Source: Candidatus Bathyarchaeia archaeon (GTDB lineage Archaea > Thermoproteota > Bathyarchaeia > Bathyarchaeales > Bathycorpusculaceae). Taken from it: a stretch of 64,000 bases of DNA. Made by a program: the position numbers and the translations under genes. Under the pieces are notes generated by a model that saw only the letters and a program-made list of their open reading frames with translations, had not been told where the DNA came from and ran no database searches. Shown in pieces: positions 55,634 through 64,000 of this stretch; positions within the stretch are counted from its first letter, which is position 1, and the number at the start of each line of letters is the position of its first letter. The stretch lies in NCBI GenBank assembly GCA_049521795.1, contig JBEKOM010000001.1:224001-288000 (forward strand), written 5' to 3'.

Positions 55634-58399
55634 TTAAGTCTTTCTAGACATGCCTCTGCTGCTTGTTATCCACTTTGCAGTCTCCAGTGAACCGAACGTT
55701 ATCGCCGTGAACAGTGCTGCAAACGCCCAATCGAGTGGTTCAGGTGCCGACACGCTGAAGACAGCGTTTAGACCTGGTGTGTAGAGCACAATAAGCTGGA
55801 GGAAGAACGACGAGAGCACAGCGTACCACAGAAATTTGTTTTTGAAAACACCCACTTTCCACACGGGATATTTCAGCGACCGGGCAGAAATAGCGTTGGC
55901 CAGCTCCATTAAAATCATGGCGGTCAGCAGCTGAGTTCGAGCCTCTACTAGCTGCGCTGAGCCTTCCCACGGTCGATAGAAAAAGTATCCAAACAGAAGC
56001 AGAACAGCCATCAGTATCGGAATCAGCGACAGGTAGAGTTTGACATCGAGTGTGAAGACACTTTCGTTTGGGTCACGCGGTTTCCTCTCCATTATATCAG
56101 GGTCACCCGGATCAATGCCCAGCGCGATCGCCGGTAAACCATCTGTGGTAAGGTTCACCCAGAGCAATTGTGTCGCAGTCAAAGCTATCGTTGCGACACC
56201 GATGTCGGCGGCGCTGGCGTTCGGCGAATAGATCCTTGCAAGACCTGGAACAGAGACCACCGCTATGAAGATGACCAAGATTTCCATTATGTTGCAACGC
56301 ATAAGGTACGTGAGGTACTTCTTGATATTGTCATATATTTCACGTCCTTCTTTTGCAGCCTTGACTATCGAGGCAAAGTTGTCGTCCGTTAAGACTATGT
56401 CCGACGCCTCTTTGGTCACATCAGTTCCCGTTATGCCCATAGAAACGCCTACGTCTGACATCTTGAGAGCCGGCGCGTCATTAACACCATCACCAGTCAT
56501 GGCCACGATGCGGCCCTTCGCTTTCCAAGCCTTAACTATCCGCACCTTATGCTCGGGCGAAACGCGCGCATAGATCACAACTCGCTCAACCATGTCAGCC
56601 AACTGTTCATCGCTCAACTCTTCCAGCTCAGCGCCTGTCAACACCTTTTTTTCCTCTTCGCCATCACCAAGCAGATTGAGCTCCTTAGCCACTGCCACTG
56701 CCGTAAGCCTATGATCACCCGTTACCATCACAACGTCTATCCCGGCTTTCTTGCACGTACATATCGCATCCTTCACCTCTTCGCGCGGCGGGTCAATCAT
56801 GCTCATAATGCCGACAAAAACAAAGCCCCTCTCAATCTCCTCATCGAATACAGGCACTGTTTCAGGCAGTTCTTTGAAGGCAAACCCTAAGTTCCTCAAG
56901 GCTTGTCTCGCCATGGCCTCATTCACTTCAAGGATTCGCGCCCGACCATTCTCAGTGAGATCAGAAACTTTGCCACCTGCCAAAACCTTTGTGCATTTGT
57001 CCAATACTGCTTCAGGCGCTCCTTTCAAGTAGGCGATTTTCTTGCCAGACACCACGTGCATGGTCGTCATGCGTTTTGTCTCTGAAGAGAACGGGATCTC
57101 CCCGACACGGGGCTGCTGCTTTTCCAAGTCCTCCTTCCACAACCCGGCTTTGGCCGCTCCGACGATCAACGCTCCCTCTGTGGGGTCTCCCCTGATGACC
57201 CATCTTTCCGTGGCAGTGTCTCTTTGCAGTTTCGCGTCATTACACAGTGCGGCAACAGTCAGAATTGTGCGCAATCCCTCACTTTCCGGGTCGAATTTGC
57301 GGTTTTCCAAGAGAAATTCACCTTTTGGCTCATAGCCGATCCCTGAAACTTTCAAGACCTGATCATCCACGTAGATTCTCTGCACTGTCATTTCGCCTTT
57401 CGTCATCGTTCCCGTCTTATCAGAGCATATGACACTGACGCAGCCCAGCGTTTCAACGGCTGGCAATTTCCTGACTATCGTGTTCACCTTGGCCATGCGG
57501 TACATGCCCACTGCAAGTGCTCCCGCCACGATGGCTGGCAATGCTTCAGGAACCGCAGCAACTGCCAAGCTTACTCCCCACAACATCATGTCAATGATGT
57601 TACTGCCTTCAACGATGCCTAGACCGGCCACTCCTAGACAGATCGCCACGCACAGTATTCCGATCCATTTGCCGACCGATCGAGTTCTCTTCTCAAGCGG
57701 AGTTTCCTCTTCCTCAGCCATCTGCACCATCCTAGCGATCTTTCCAAACTCTGTGTTCATTCCTGTCGATGTAGCAACTGCTTCACCTCGACCGTAAACG
57801 ACAACCGTTCCCGCGAAAACCATGTTTCGACGTTCGCCAAGCGAAGTTTTTTCAACGCACACGTCAACATTCTTCTTCACAGGAGAAGATTCGCCTGTCA
57901 ACGGAGCTTCATTCACCTTAAGATTAATGGATTCTATCAATCGTGCATCAGCTGGAACCCTATCCCCAGTGTACAAAAGCACGATATCTCCAGGAACAAT
58001 TTCGCTCGCCGGAACCTTGACTTCTTTGCCATCGCGCAACAATGCTGCAATTGGCGCTGTCATCTTCTTCAAAGCTTCAACAGCCTTTTCGGAACGAAAC
58101 TCCTCCGCAAAACCCAAGATCGCTGTGGCCAACACTATGGCAATTATGACTACTACGTCTATCCATTCGCCAATGGCTATTGAGAGAGCTGTAGCGATCA
58201 GCAATATGACCACAAGTATGTCCTTGAACTGCTCAGCAAACATCTTTGCCGGAGAGGCATGCTTTTCCTTTCGCAGCTCATTCAGACCGTATTCGCTCAA
58301 GCGTTTTTGCGCTTCTCCCTGACTCAAGCCGGCCTCAGAAGAGTTCAACGCTTTGAGCGTTTCTTCCAGATTCATCGTATACCAAGATTCTGAGGTCAA
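55634..58399 (-). CDS. P2-type cation-transporting ATPase (Ca2+-like)
   Basis: TGES, AAVPEAL, DKTGT, KGAPE, GDGVNDAPAL and LWVNLTTD. Confidence 0.94.
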   Translation of the reverse strand: MTSESWYTMNLEETLKALNSSEAGLSQGEAQKRLSEYGLNELRKEKHASPAKMFAEQFKDILVVILLIATALSIAIGEWIDVVVIIAIVLATAILGFAEEFRSEKAVEALKKMTAPIAALLRDGKEVKVPASEIVPGDIVLLYTGDRVPADARLIESINLKVNEAPLTGESSPVKKNVDVCVEKTSLGERRNMVFAGTVVVYGRGEAVATSTGMNTEFGKIARMVQMAEEEETPLEKRTRSVGKWIGILCVAICLGVAGLGIVEGSNIIDMMLWGVSLAVAAVPEALPAIVAGALAVGMYRMAKVNTIVRKLPAVETLGCVSVICSDKTGTMTKGEMTVQRIYVDDQVLKVSGIGYEPKGEFLLENRKFDPESEGLRTILTVAALCNDAKLQRDTATERWVIRGDPTEGALIVGAAKAGLWKEDLEKQQPRVGEIPFSSETKRMTTMHVVSGKKIAYLKGAPEAVLDKCTKVLAGGKVSDLTENGRARILEVNEAMARQALRNLGFAFKELPETVPVFDEEIERGFVFVGIMSMIDPPREEVKDAICTCKKAGIDVVMVTGDHRLTAVAVAKELNLLGDGEEEKKVLTGAELEELSDEQLADMVERVVIYARVSPEHKVRIVKAWKAKGRIVAMTGDGVNDAPALKMSDVGVSMGITGTDVTKEASDIVLTDDNFASIVKAAKEGREIYDNIKKYLTYLMRCNIMEILVIFIAVVSVPGLARIYSPNASAADIGVATIALTATQLLWVNLTTDGLPAIALGIDPGDPDIMERKPRDPNESVFTLDVKLYLSLIPILMAVLLLFGYFFYRPWEGSAQLVEARTQLLTAMILMELANAISARSLKYPVWKVGVFKNKFLWYAVLSSFFLQLIVLYTPGLNAVFSVSAPEPLDWAFAALFTAITFGSLETAKWITSSRGMSRKT

Positions 58400-58588
58400 C
58401 TAAACGCTTCCCTAGTCTCTGCAGACCCAATGACTTTGGCCAGAAAATATATTCCTTTCTAAGAAACCAGCTAGGAGCAACACTGAACCTTCACTTGAGA
58501 ACGTGATCCCATTGACGACCCTCCTCGCTTCGCTGCTCGCGGCAATGATCATCAAATGCGACCTGTTGGAGAGGGGGTCAACCACCCG

Positions 58589-59224
58589 CTAGCCCAACTG
58601 TTTTCCATTTGCCAACTTTGCCTTCAGAAGGACTATTGTCTCAAAAAGCGGCAGGTCTCTTTTCGCAACAATCTTTACCGTCAAACCTCTCTCCTTGAAC
58701 CTGCGGAAGGTCTCTTCAACGTTTGACAGCGTTGACTGCATCAGCAAGATTTCACCGTTTTGTTTCAGGTATTTCGGAGCCTCGCGGATGAAACTGTCAA
58801 TTACGTCACGTCCAGAGGCGCCTCCTGCCCAAGCTCGGGCAAGCCAGGAGCTCTCTCCAACCTCTTCGGACGGGAGATATGGAGCGTTGAAAAGGATCAG
58901 GCCGAACCTCCCCCCGACTCTTATTGGTCCAAACAAGTCTCCCTGCGTGAGAGAGATCTTGTCAGAGGCGTGATTCAGCTTGGCGTTTTCTTTCGCGCAA
59001 GAGACAGCATAAGGGTTTATGTCTACCGCTAGTACTTCGTCCGCCTTCGCTGCCGCCAGGATACCCAATATTCCGCAGCCGGTTCCCATGTCAATAACTC
59101 TTTCTTTCTCTCTAACCTGCAGATTCTCAGCGAAGAGGAACGAATCTTCGGCGGGTTCGTAGACGTTCTCTCCAACTTGGAAAACGCAGTTCGCAAAGAA
59201 GATTCGCCTATTCGACGAGGACAT
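58589..59224 (-). CDS. HemK2/MTQ2-family methyltransferase
   Basis: VYEPAEDS, DMGTGCG and FNAPYLP. Confidence 0.92.
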   Translation of the reverse strand: MSSSNRRIFFANCVFQVGENVYEPAEDSFLFAENLQVREKERVIDMGTGCGILGILAAAKADEVLAVDINPYAVSCAKENAKLNHASDKISLTQGDLFGPIRVGGRFGLILFNAPYLPSEEVGESSWLARAWAGGASGRDVIDSFIREAPKYLKQNGEILLMQSTLSNVEETFRRFKERGLTVKIVAKRDLPLFETIVLLKAKLANGKQLG

Positions 59225-60035
59225 CCGCTAACGCTCCGAAATCCTCAGGCGCCAGTTCCCTAACCCGCATGTCACGAAAAGGAAGTGTTTCAACAACCTT
59301 ACATGCTTCTTCTTTGGATAGAAGCCGTACATGTTTCAGGTACGGCAACACCGCGTTCCTGACCTTCTTATTTCGTTGCGTAAAGAGCATTTGCGCAATT
59401 CTCTTGAAAGCGGCTTCATTTTCCAGCTTATGCAGCCTCGATCTTCTCGGAGTCAAGCGAGTGACGACAGAATCTACTTTTGGCGGCGGATAGAACATGG
59501 ATTTGGGAACATCGTCTAGAAGCTCAACCTCAGCCCGAAAGTATGTCAAGACCGTAAGCCACCCGTAGTCTCGATTTCCCACTGAAGCTGCAAGACGATT
59601 TGCAAACTCTTTTTGGAAGACCAACACTGCACGGTCAAACTCTTGGTTCAAGATCCATAGGAGCAGACGTGAAGAGATGTTGTAGGGTGGAGTCGAAACA
59701 ATCTTGTTGAACTGAGGAATACTAACTCTGAGTATGTTACCCTCAATGATTTTCACGTTGAAGAAGTGAGAAAGTTGTCGACGCAAAACAGTTGCGAGTT
59801 CTGGGTCAGCCTCAACAGCTACGACGTTTCTGCACTTGTCCGCCAGGAAACGCGTCAAGAAGCCTAAGCCCGCGCCAATATCCAGCACCGTGTCGTTCCG
59901 GTCCAGTGAAGCGTAATTGACCATGAGTTGATAGATTGAAGGTTCGATCAAGAAGTTTTGTCCAAAAGCCTTTTTCGGCTGGCTTCGATGGCTTCGAAGT
60001 AGTGACTTCGTCCTTTCTAAGAGACTCATATCCAC
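59208..60035 (-). CDS. rsmA: 16S rRNA dimethyladenosine transferase
   Basis: GQNFL, IGAGLG, PYNIS, QKEFA and FYPPPKVDS. Confidence 0.95.
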   Translation of the reverse strand: MDMSLLERTKSLLRSHRSQPKKAFGQNFLIEPSIYQLMVNYASLDRNDTVLDIGAGLGFLTRFLADKCRNVVAVEADPELATVLRRQLSHFFNVKIIEGNILRVSIPQFNKIVSTPPYNISSRLLLWILNQEFDRAVLVFQKEFANRLAASVGNRDYGWLTVLTYFRAEVELLDDVPKSMFYPPPKVDSVVTRLTPRRSRLHKLENEAAFKRIAQMLFTQRNKKVRNAVLPYLKHVRLLSKEEACKVVETLPFRDMRVRELAPEDFGALADVLVE

Positions 60036-60056
60036 CAGTTAGTTGATTTGACCGCG

Positions 60057-60632
60057 CTACTGGGCCCTCGTAAACAACCGATACTTGCCGTCGCTGCTCA
60101 GTTCTTCCATAACCCGCTTCGTGATCAGCTTAACGGGATTCGGCAGCTCCGTGCGTTTCTGCAGGTCTTCAAAGTTTTCGAAGGGTTTTCTCTCGCGCTG
60201 GTTAATGACTTGCCACATGTATTTCTTGCCAATACCGGGAACCAACTCCAGCGCGTGCATTCTTGGCGTCACAGCCCGTGCCGTGTTGAAGAATTGAACG
60301 AACCATTCTTCACGGTTCAACACTATTCGGCCGATCACAGTTGAAAGCTCTGTTCGCGCAGCAGCCGTCAGTTCCTCGTAACCTATCCGCCCGATTATGT
60401 AGGTGATTTCCTCACGCGCCTCCTTTCCAACGAAAACACGGTCGTTAGGCTTAAGCATCACACCCTCTTTGACCAAGGCTTCCAAGAGGGTGAAGAACTC
60501 CTCCCCCACCAGTTGCACCAAGGCTCCCGCTCGATAACCAGCCCGGCCTGAAACGTGCACGCCCGGACGCCCATGGGGCAGAAAGTCCAGTATGTAAGCG
60601 TACTCTTCGTACCGCTTCTCCATCATAGTCAT
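60057..60632 (-). CDS. DUF655 RNA-binding protein
   Basis: EEYAYILDF and RMHALELVPGIGKK; conserved next to rpoF. Confidence 0.92.
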   Translation of the reverse strand: MTMMEKRYEEYAYILDFLPHGRPGVHVSGRAGYRAGALVQLVGEEFFTLLEALVKEGVMLKPNDRVFVGKEAREEITYIIGRIGYEELTAAARTELSTVIGRIVLNREEWFVQFFNTARAVTPRMHALELVPGIGKKYMWQVINQRERKPFENFEDLQKRTELPNPVKLITKRVMEELSSDGKYRLFTRAQ

Positions 60633-60694
60633 AATCGCCTATAGATAGTCTCTTACTGTTTAAAAATCTAGTTGAAGTTAGGATTAACAACTCA

Positions 60695-61033
60695 CTATTT
60701 CAGTTTTCGATGTTCATTCAGCAGGTTGACTATTGCCTCTAACTTTGCGGTTTCAATGATTTTGCGACCTCCAGCCAGAAAAACCCTCAATTCCTCAATG
60801 CTCTTCGGCATGCAGTTGACTATTTCGATGGCCTCCACCTCTTCCAAACCGAAATCCGTCATAAGCTTTTCCACGAGTTTTTCGCCTGCCTCGGCGTCAA
60901 CCTTCGCAAATTTGGACACGTAATCGAACGTGCGGCGCTGGAGCTGGTCAAGGTTTTCTTCGCCGATAGTCTCCATTATCTTCTTGACCTGTGGCAGCGT
61001 GAGCTTCTTTTCTGTTATTTCTCTTTTAGACAT
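60695..61033 (-). CDS. rpoF: RNA polymerase subunit Rpo4 (F)
   Basis: YVSKFAK...IVNCMP...ELR; synteny. Confidence 0.92.
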   Translation of the reverse strand: MSKREITEKKLTLPQVKKIMETIGEENLDQLQRRTFDYVSKFAKVDAEAGEKLVEKLMTDFGLEEVEAIEIVNCMPKSIEELRVFLAGGRKIIETAKLEAIVNLLNEHRKLK

Positions 61034-61034
61034 A

Positions 61035-61331
61035 TTAATCGCTCTTATACGGTTCTAAATGTTCAGGCCTAACGATGATCTCTCTGATAGCGTCTCCCTG
61101 TGAAACGCTTACCACGTAGCTTCTTCCCCGTTTATTGAGTATAGTGCCAACTCTACCATGATAGCGCCTGTGAGGCATTCCCTTCTGAACGCTTGAGTCG
61201 ATCTTGACAACCACTTGAGTCCCAGGCTGATACTCGTAGAGCAGCTTGCTGAGCTTCATCTTGCCATGCTCCCTAGGTTCCTTCTTGAAAAGGCGACGCG
61301 TACCAGAACGATAACCTTTTGATTTTCTCAC
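61035..61331 (-). CDS. rpl21e: 50S ribosomal protein L21e
   Basis: SKGYRSGTR and KGMPHRRYHG. Confidence 0.97.
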   Translation of the reverse strand: MRKSKGYRSGTRRLFKKEPREHGKMKLSKLLYEYQPGTQVVVKIDSSVQKGMPHRRYHGRVGTILNKRGRSYVVSVSQGDAIREIIVRPEHLEPYKSD

Positions 61332-61345
61332 TTTTTCGCCAACTC

Positions 61346-62680
61346 CTAGGCTTCCATGATTACGCTCAGAACGTCAAGCTTCATAGGTTTCGCTTTGTTG
61401 TTGAGAATTTCTGAAACGCTGGGGACTGTTCTTCCTTCATCTCCGGTCACCAATTCTTTAACGTAGAGTCCTCCTTGACAGCGTATTTTCATTTCAGCCT
61501 TTTTAAGTGACAATTTCTTAACATTCACGTCGTATATGTACTTTTCCCGAGTCATGTCCGCACGTCGATGCAAGACACGAATCGGCGTTTGCTGCTTGAT
61601 CATTGCGTTTCTCAATGTCTCTTCCAATAGCTGCAGATCTTTGGCCGAGACCTTACTATCAAATTCTATTAGGAGACGGTATTCTTTCTGAGTGGATTCG
61701 CCCCTCTTCAGTCTCCTTACGACATTCTTGTCCCCAAACTTTAGGTCCGAAACCTCAACTTTGCCCCTTCCCACAATGTTTACCTCTTCTTCGAGCCTCC
61801 CAAGGTCCAAGAAACGCTTTCTCGGCATTGTGACTTCGATCACAAAAGGTCTACCGTTGCCCAGCATGCGCGCGTCAATATCCTCTCTCCCAGAAGCGTG
61901 AAAAGAAGCTTTCAGGCCGGCTGTCGCTTTCAAGAAGGGCCCTTCGACGATTTCTTGCACCGATTCTGCATACATTTTTCCTGTCCAGTTGCATTTTTCG
62001 CAGCCTTTCCCACGGCAGCTTGAGCAGAACCACTTCGACTGCGGTATGCCTCGGACAAGCTTTCGGTATCTTCCCGCCACGAAAAGCGGGTTCACCTGAA
62101 GCCCGACCTGTCCACTGAAGGGGTTGACGAGCACGACTATTTCGGGCCTTCCAAACTCCACTGTCTTTCCAGTGCGCCGAGCAATCTCTTTTCCTATGAC
62201 CCTTCCGAACTCGTTGCGCATGTTTTCGCCGTGGCCTACTTCAAACTCGGCCTTAAACTCGTCTTCACGTTCCGCAACTGGCACGGGTAGCTCTGTACCG
62301 ACTAGGAAGGTGTTGTACTCAAAATCCTGAAGAAGCTGGAGGGCCATTTTGACCAAATCGTCCTCGGCGGCGAATTTATCAGCGCACAAGTAACATTCTG
62401 TCGGTCGACCATCCGCGGCGTTGGGTTTTCCCATTTCTTGAAGAAGTTCCTTAGCAGTCTCACAGAAGCCGTTCGTCGCCAGTACTCTCAGAGTGCTCAC
62501 GCCCCTTTTCTTATCTGAAAGTGACGACGCGTGGCTCTCCAGGGTTAACACCAGCTTAATCGAGTCTCCTCGCTGGTCATTCTCGATCCCATGGCCAAGA
62601 AGGGCAAACTGTCTTCCCAGACAGTGGTCGCACAGGGGATGTTTTTCGAGCATCTTCAGGGCTGTTTGCAGAATGTCCAT
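61346..62680 (-). CDS. pus10: tRNA pseudouridine 54/55 synthase Pus10
   Basis: CDHCLGR, GREDIDARMLG, QQTPIRV and GGLYVKEL. Confidence 0.96.
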   Translation of the reverse strand: MDILQTALKMLEKHPLCDHCLGRQFALLGHGIENDQRGDSIKLVLTLESHASSLSDKKRGVSTLRVLATNGFCETAKELLQEMGKPNAADGRPTECYLCADKFAAEDDLVKMALQLLQDFEYNTFLVGTELPVPVAEREDEFKAEFEVGHGENMRNEFGRVIGKEIARRTGKTVEFGRPEIVVLVNPFSGQVGLQVNPLFVAGRYRKLVRGIPQSKWFCSSCRGKGCEKCNWTGKMYAESVQEIVEGPFLKATAGLKASFHASGREDIDARMLGNGRPFVIEVTMPRKRFLDLGRLEEEVNIVGRGKVEVSDLKFGDKNVVRRLKRGESTQKEYRLLIEFDSKVSAKDLQLLEETLRNAMIKQQTPIRVLHRRADMTREKYIYDVNVKKLSLKKAEMKIRCQGGLYVKELVTGDEGRTVPSVSEILNNKAKPMKLDVLSVIMEA

Positions 62681-62704
62681 AGTGCAACCTTCGTTCCGAC
62701 AGGC

Positions 62705-64000
62705 CTACTTCATGTCAATGGGCAGGTTCTTTCCAAAGAATGGAAACTTCTTTCTGCGCCGCATCGTCTTAAGCATTCGGCGCATCATCACATACTGCTT
62801 CAGAAGCTCTTTTACCTCTTTTTCGTTGGTGCCTGAACCCTTTGCCACACGCTTCGTTCTCGAAGCATTAAAAATCTTTGGGTTATCCCTCTCCTCAGGC
62901 CTCATCGACTGAATCATGACGCGCCACTTTTCCAAACGCCCTTCAGCCATGTTAACCATGTCGTCAGGAATATTGTAAGACATTCCCGGAATCATCTTCA
63001 AAAGTTTCTTGAAGGTGCCCATGCCCTTCAAAGCTTCGAATTGTTCATACATGTCAGTCAACGTGAATTTGCCGCTCAGGATGGCCTTGGCCTTCTTATC
63101 TGGAACAGATATCTCCGCTTCACGCACTTTGTCCAGAAGGGTCTCTAAGTCGCCCATTCCCAAGAGTCTACCAACAAAACGGGAAGGCACAAAAGCCTCT
63201 ATGTCCTCGGTTTTTTCGCCGGTTCCGACGAATTTTATAGGGGCCCCTGTTGCAGCAACGGCGGAGAGAGCTCCTCCGCCCCTAGCAGACCCGTCCAGTT
63301 TAGTGACCATGATAGAGCCGATGGGCGTTGCCTCGTTGAAAGCCTTTGCCTGAGCTAATGCCTGCTGACCTATCGTTCCGTCGATCACAAGCATGACTTC
63401 ATCTGGCTTGATGCTCTTTTCAAGCATCTTCATCTCTTTGATCAGTTCTTGTTCCTCCTTGTGACGACCGGATGTGTCAACGATGATCACGTCCTTCTCG
63501 CCGAACAGCTTTAGGCCCTCATTCACCACTTTGATGGAATCCTTCGCCTTCACATCGCCGTACGAGGGCACGTTTATCCTGTTTGCGAGCTGTTGGAGCT
63601 GTGCAAAGGCCCCAGGCCGAAAAGTGTCCCCGCAGACAAGAGCTGGCTTCAGCCCCCTCTTCTGAAAATATCTCGCAAGCTTGGCCGCCGCGGTTGTTTT
63701 CCCTGAACCTTGAATGCCCACGAGCATCACTAATTTTCTTTTTCCAGGCTCAACCTTCAGCGGCACCGGCTTATCGCCTAGGAAGCGCGTCAACTCTTCA
63801 TAGACAACTTTTATGACGTGTTCGCGTCTAGAAATGCCTGGAGGAACCTTTTCCTTCAAAGCCCTTTCTTCTATTCGTTTAGAGATGCCAAGTACAAGCT
63901 GAACGTTCACGTCAGCCTGAAGCAGTGCTCTCTGGATGTCTCGAACAAGCTCTTTAACGGTAGCTTCATCCACGACCGAAGCTCTGAACACTTTCTTGAG
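62705..64000 (-). CDS. srp54: Signal recognition particle protein SRP54 (5' end outside window)
   Basis: GIQGSGKTT, DTSGRH, TKLDGSARGGG and M domain. Confidence 0.97.
   Translation of the reverse strand, partial: LKKVFRASVVDEATVKELVRDIQRALLQADVNVQLVLGISKRIEERALKEKVPPGISRREHVIKVVYEELTRFLGDKPVPLKVEPGKRKLVMLVGIQGSGKTTAAAKLARYFQKRGLKPALVCGDTFRPGAFAQLQQLANRINVPSYGDVKAKDSIKVVNEGLKLFGEKDVIIVDTSGRHKEEQELIKEMKMLEKSIKPDEVMLVIDGTIGQQALAQAKAFNEATPIGSIMVTKLDGSARGGGALSAVAATGAPIKFVGTGEKTEDIEAFVPSRFVGRLLGMGDLETLLDKVREAEISVPDKKAKAILSGKFTLTDMYEQFEALKGMGTFKKLLKMIPGMSYNIPDDMVNMAEGRLEKWRVMIQSMRPEERDNPKIFNASRTKRVAKGSGTNEKEVKELLKQYVMMRRMLKTMRRRKKFPFFGKNLPIDMK

Noticed and set aside
58440-58585. yybP-ykoY-like riboswitch upstream of the P-type ATPase (GAGCAGC, GTCGTCAAT)
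   Set aside because: Only partial resemblance, and a promoter-like element lies between it and the start codon; a cmscan would settle it.
1-64000. CRISPR arrays, rRNA, IS transposases, reverse transcriptases
   Set aside because: None seen; the srp54-matching pieces in kdpC have no flanking repeats, so they are not spacers.

Overview
Archaeal chromosomal DNA, most consistent with Bathyarchaeia (TACK). This is an inference from gene order, the cohesin-dockerin surface protein, the long-tailed eL31 and the D-loop tRNA introns. Most of the window is housekeeping: the rnp4-rps19e-rpl39e-rpl31e-eIF6-rpl18a-pfdA-ftsY cluster, secE-spt5-rpl11-rpl1-rpl10-rpl12, glyS, endA, asnS, acs/satP and rsmA-rpoF-rpl21e-pus10-srp54. 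The left 11 kb is more accessory (kdpABC, catalase/PerR, regulators). The main discovery is a ~6.5 kb integrated rolling-circle element (11631-18142) in tRNA-Arg(CCT). Its tyrosine integrase is split by the att site, and the two halves rejoin in frame only if crossover is in the 14-bp core CTGGTGCTCTATCC. That geometry implies the element supplied the tRNA 5' half together with a 55-nt bulge-helix-bulge intron, which is simultaneously integrase-coding on the other strand, while the displaced host 5' half is intronless. The element carries two uncharacterised defence-like gene pairs (a PLD-like nuclease pair and an NDT/TIR-like plus FlgT_C-like pair). A second oddity is a 25-codon in-frame insertion in kdpC built from two oppositely oriented fragments of an srp54 allele. 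All calls come from reading the sequence by eye; no searches or folding programs were run.
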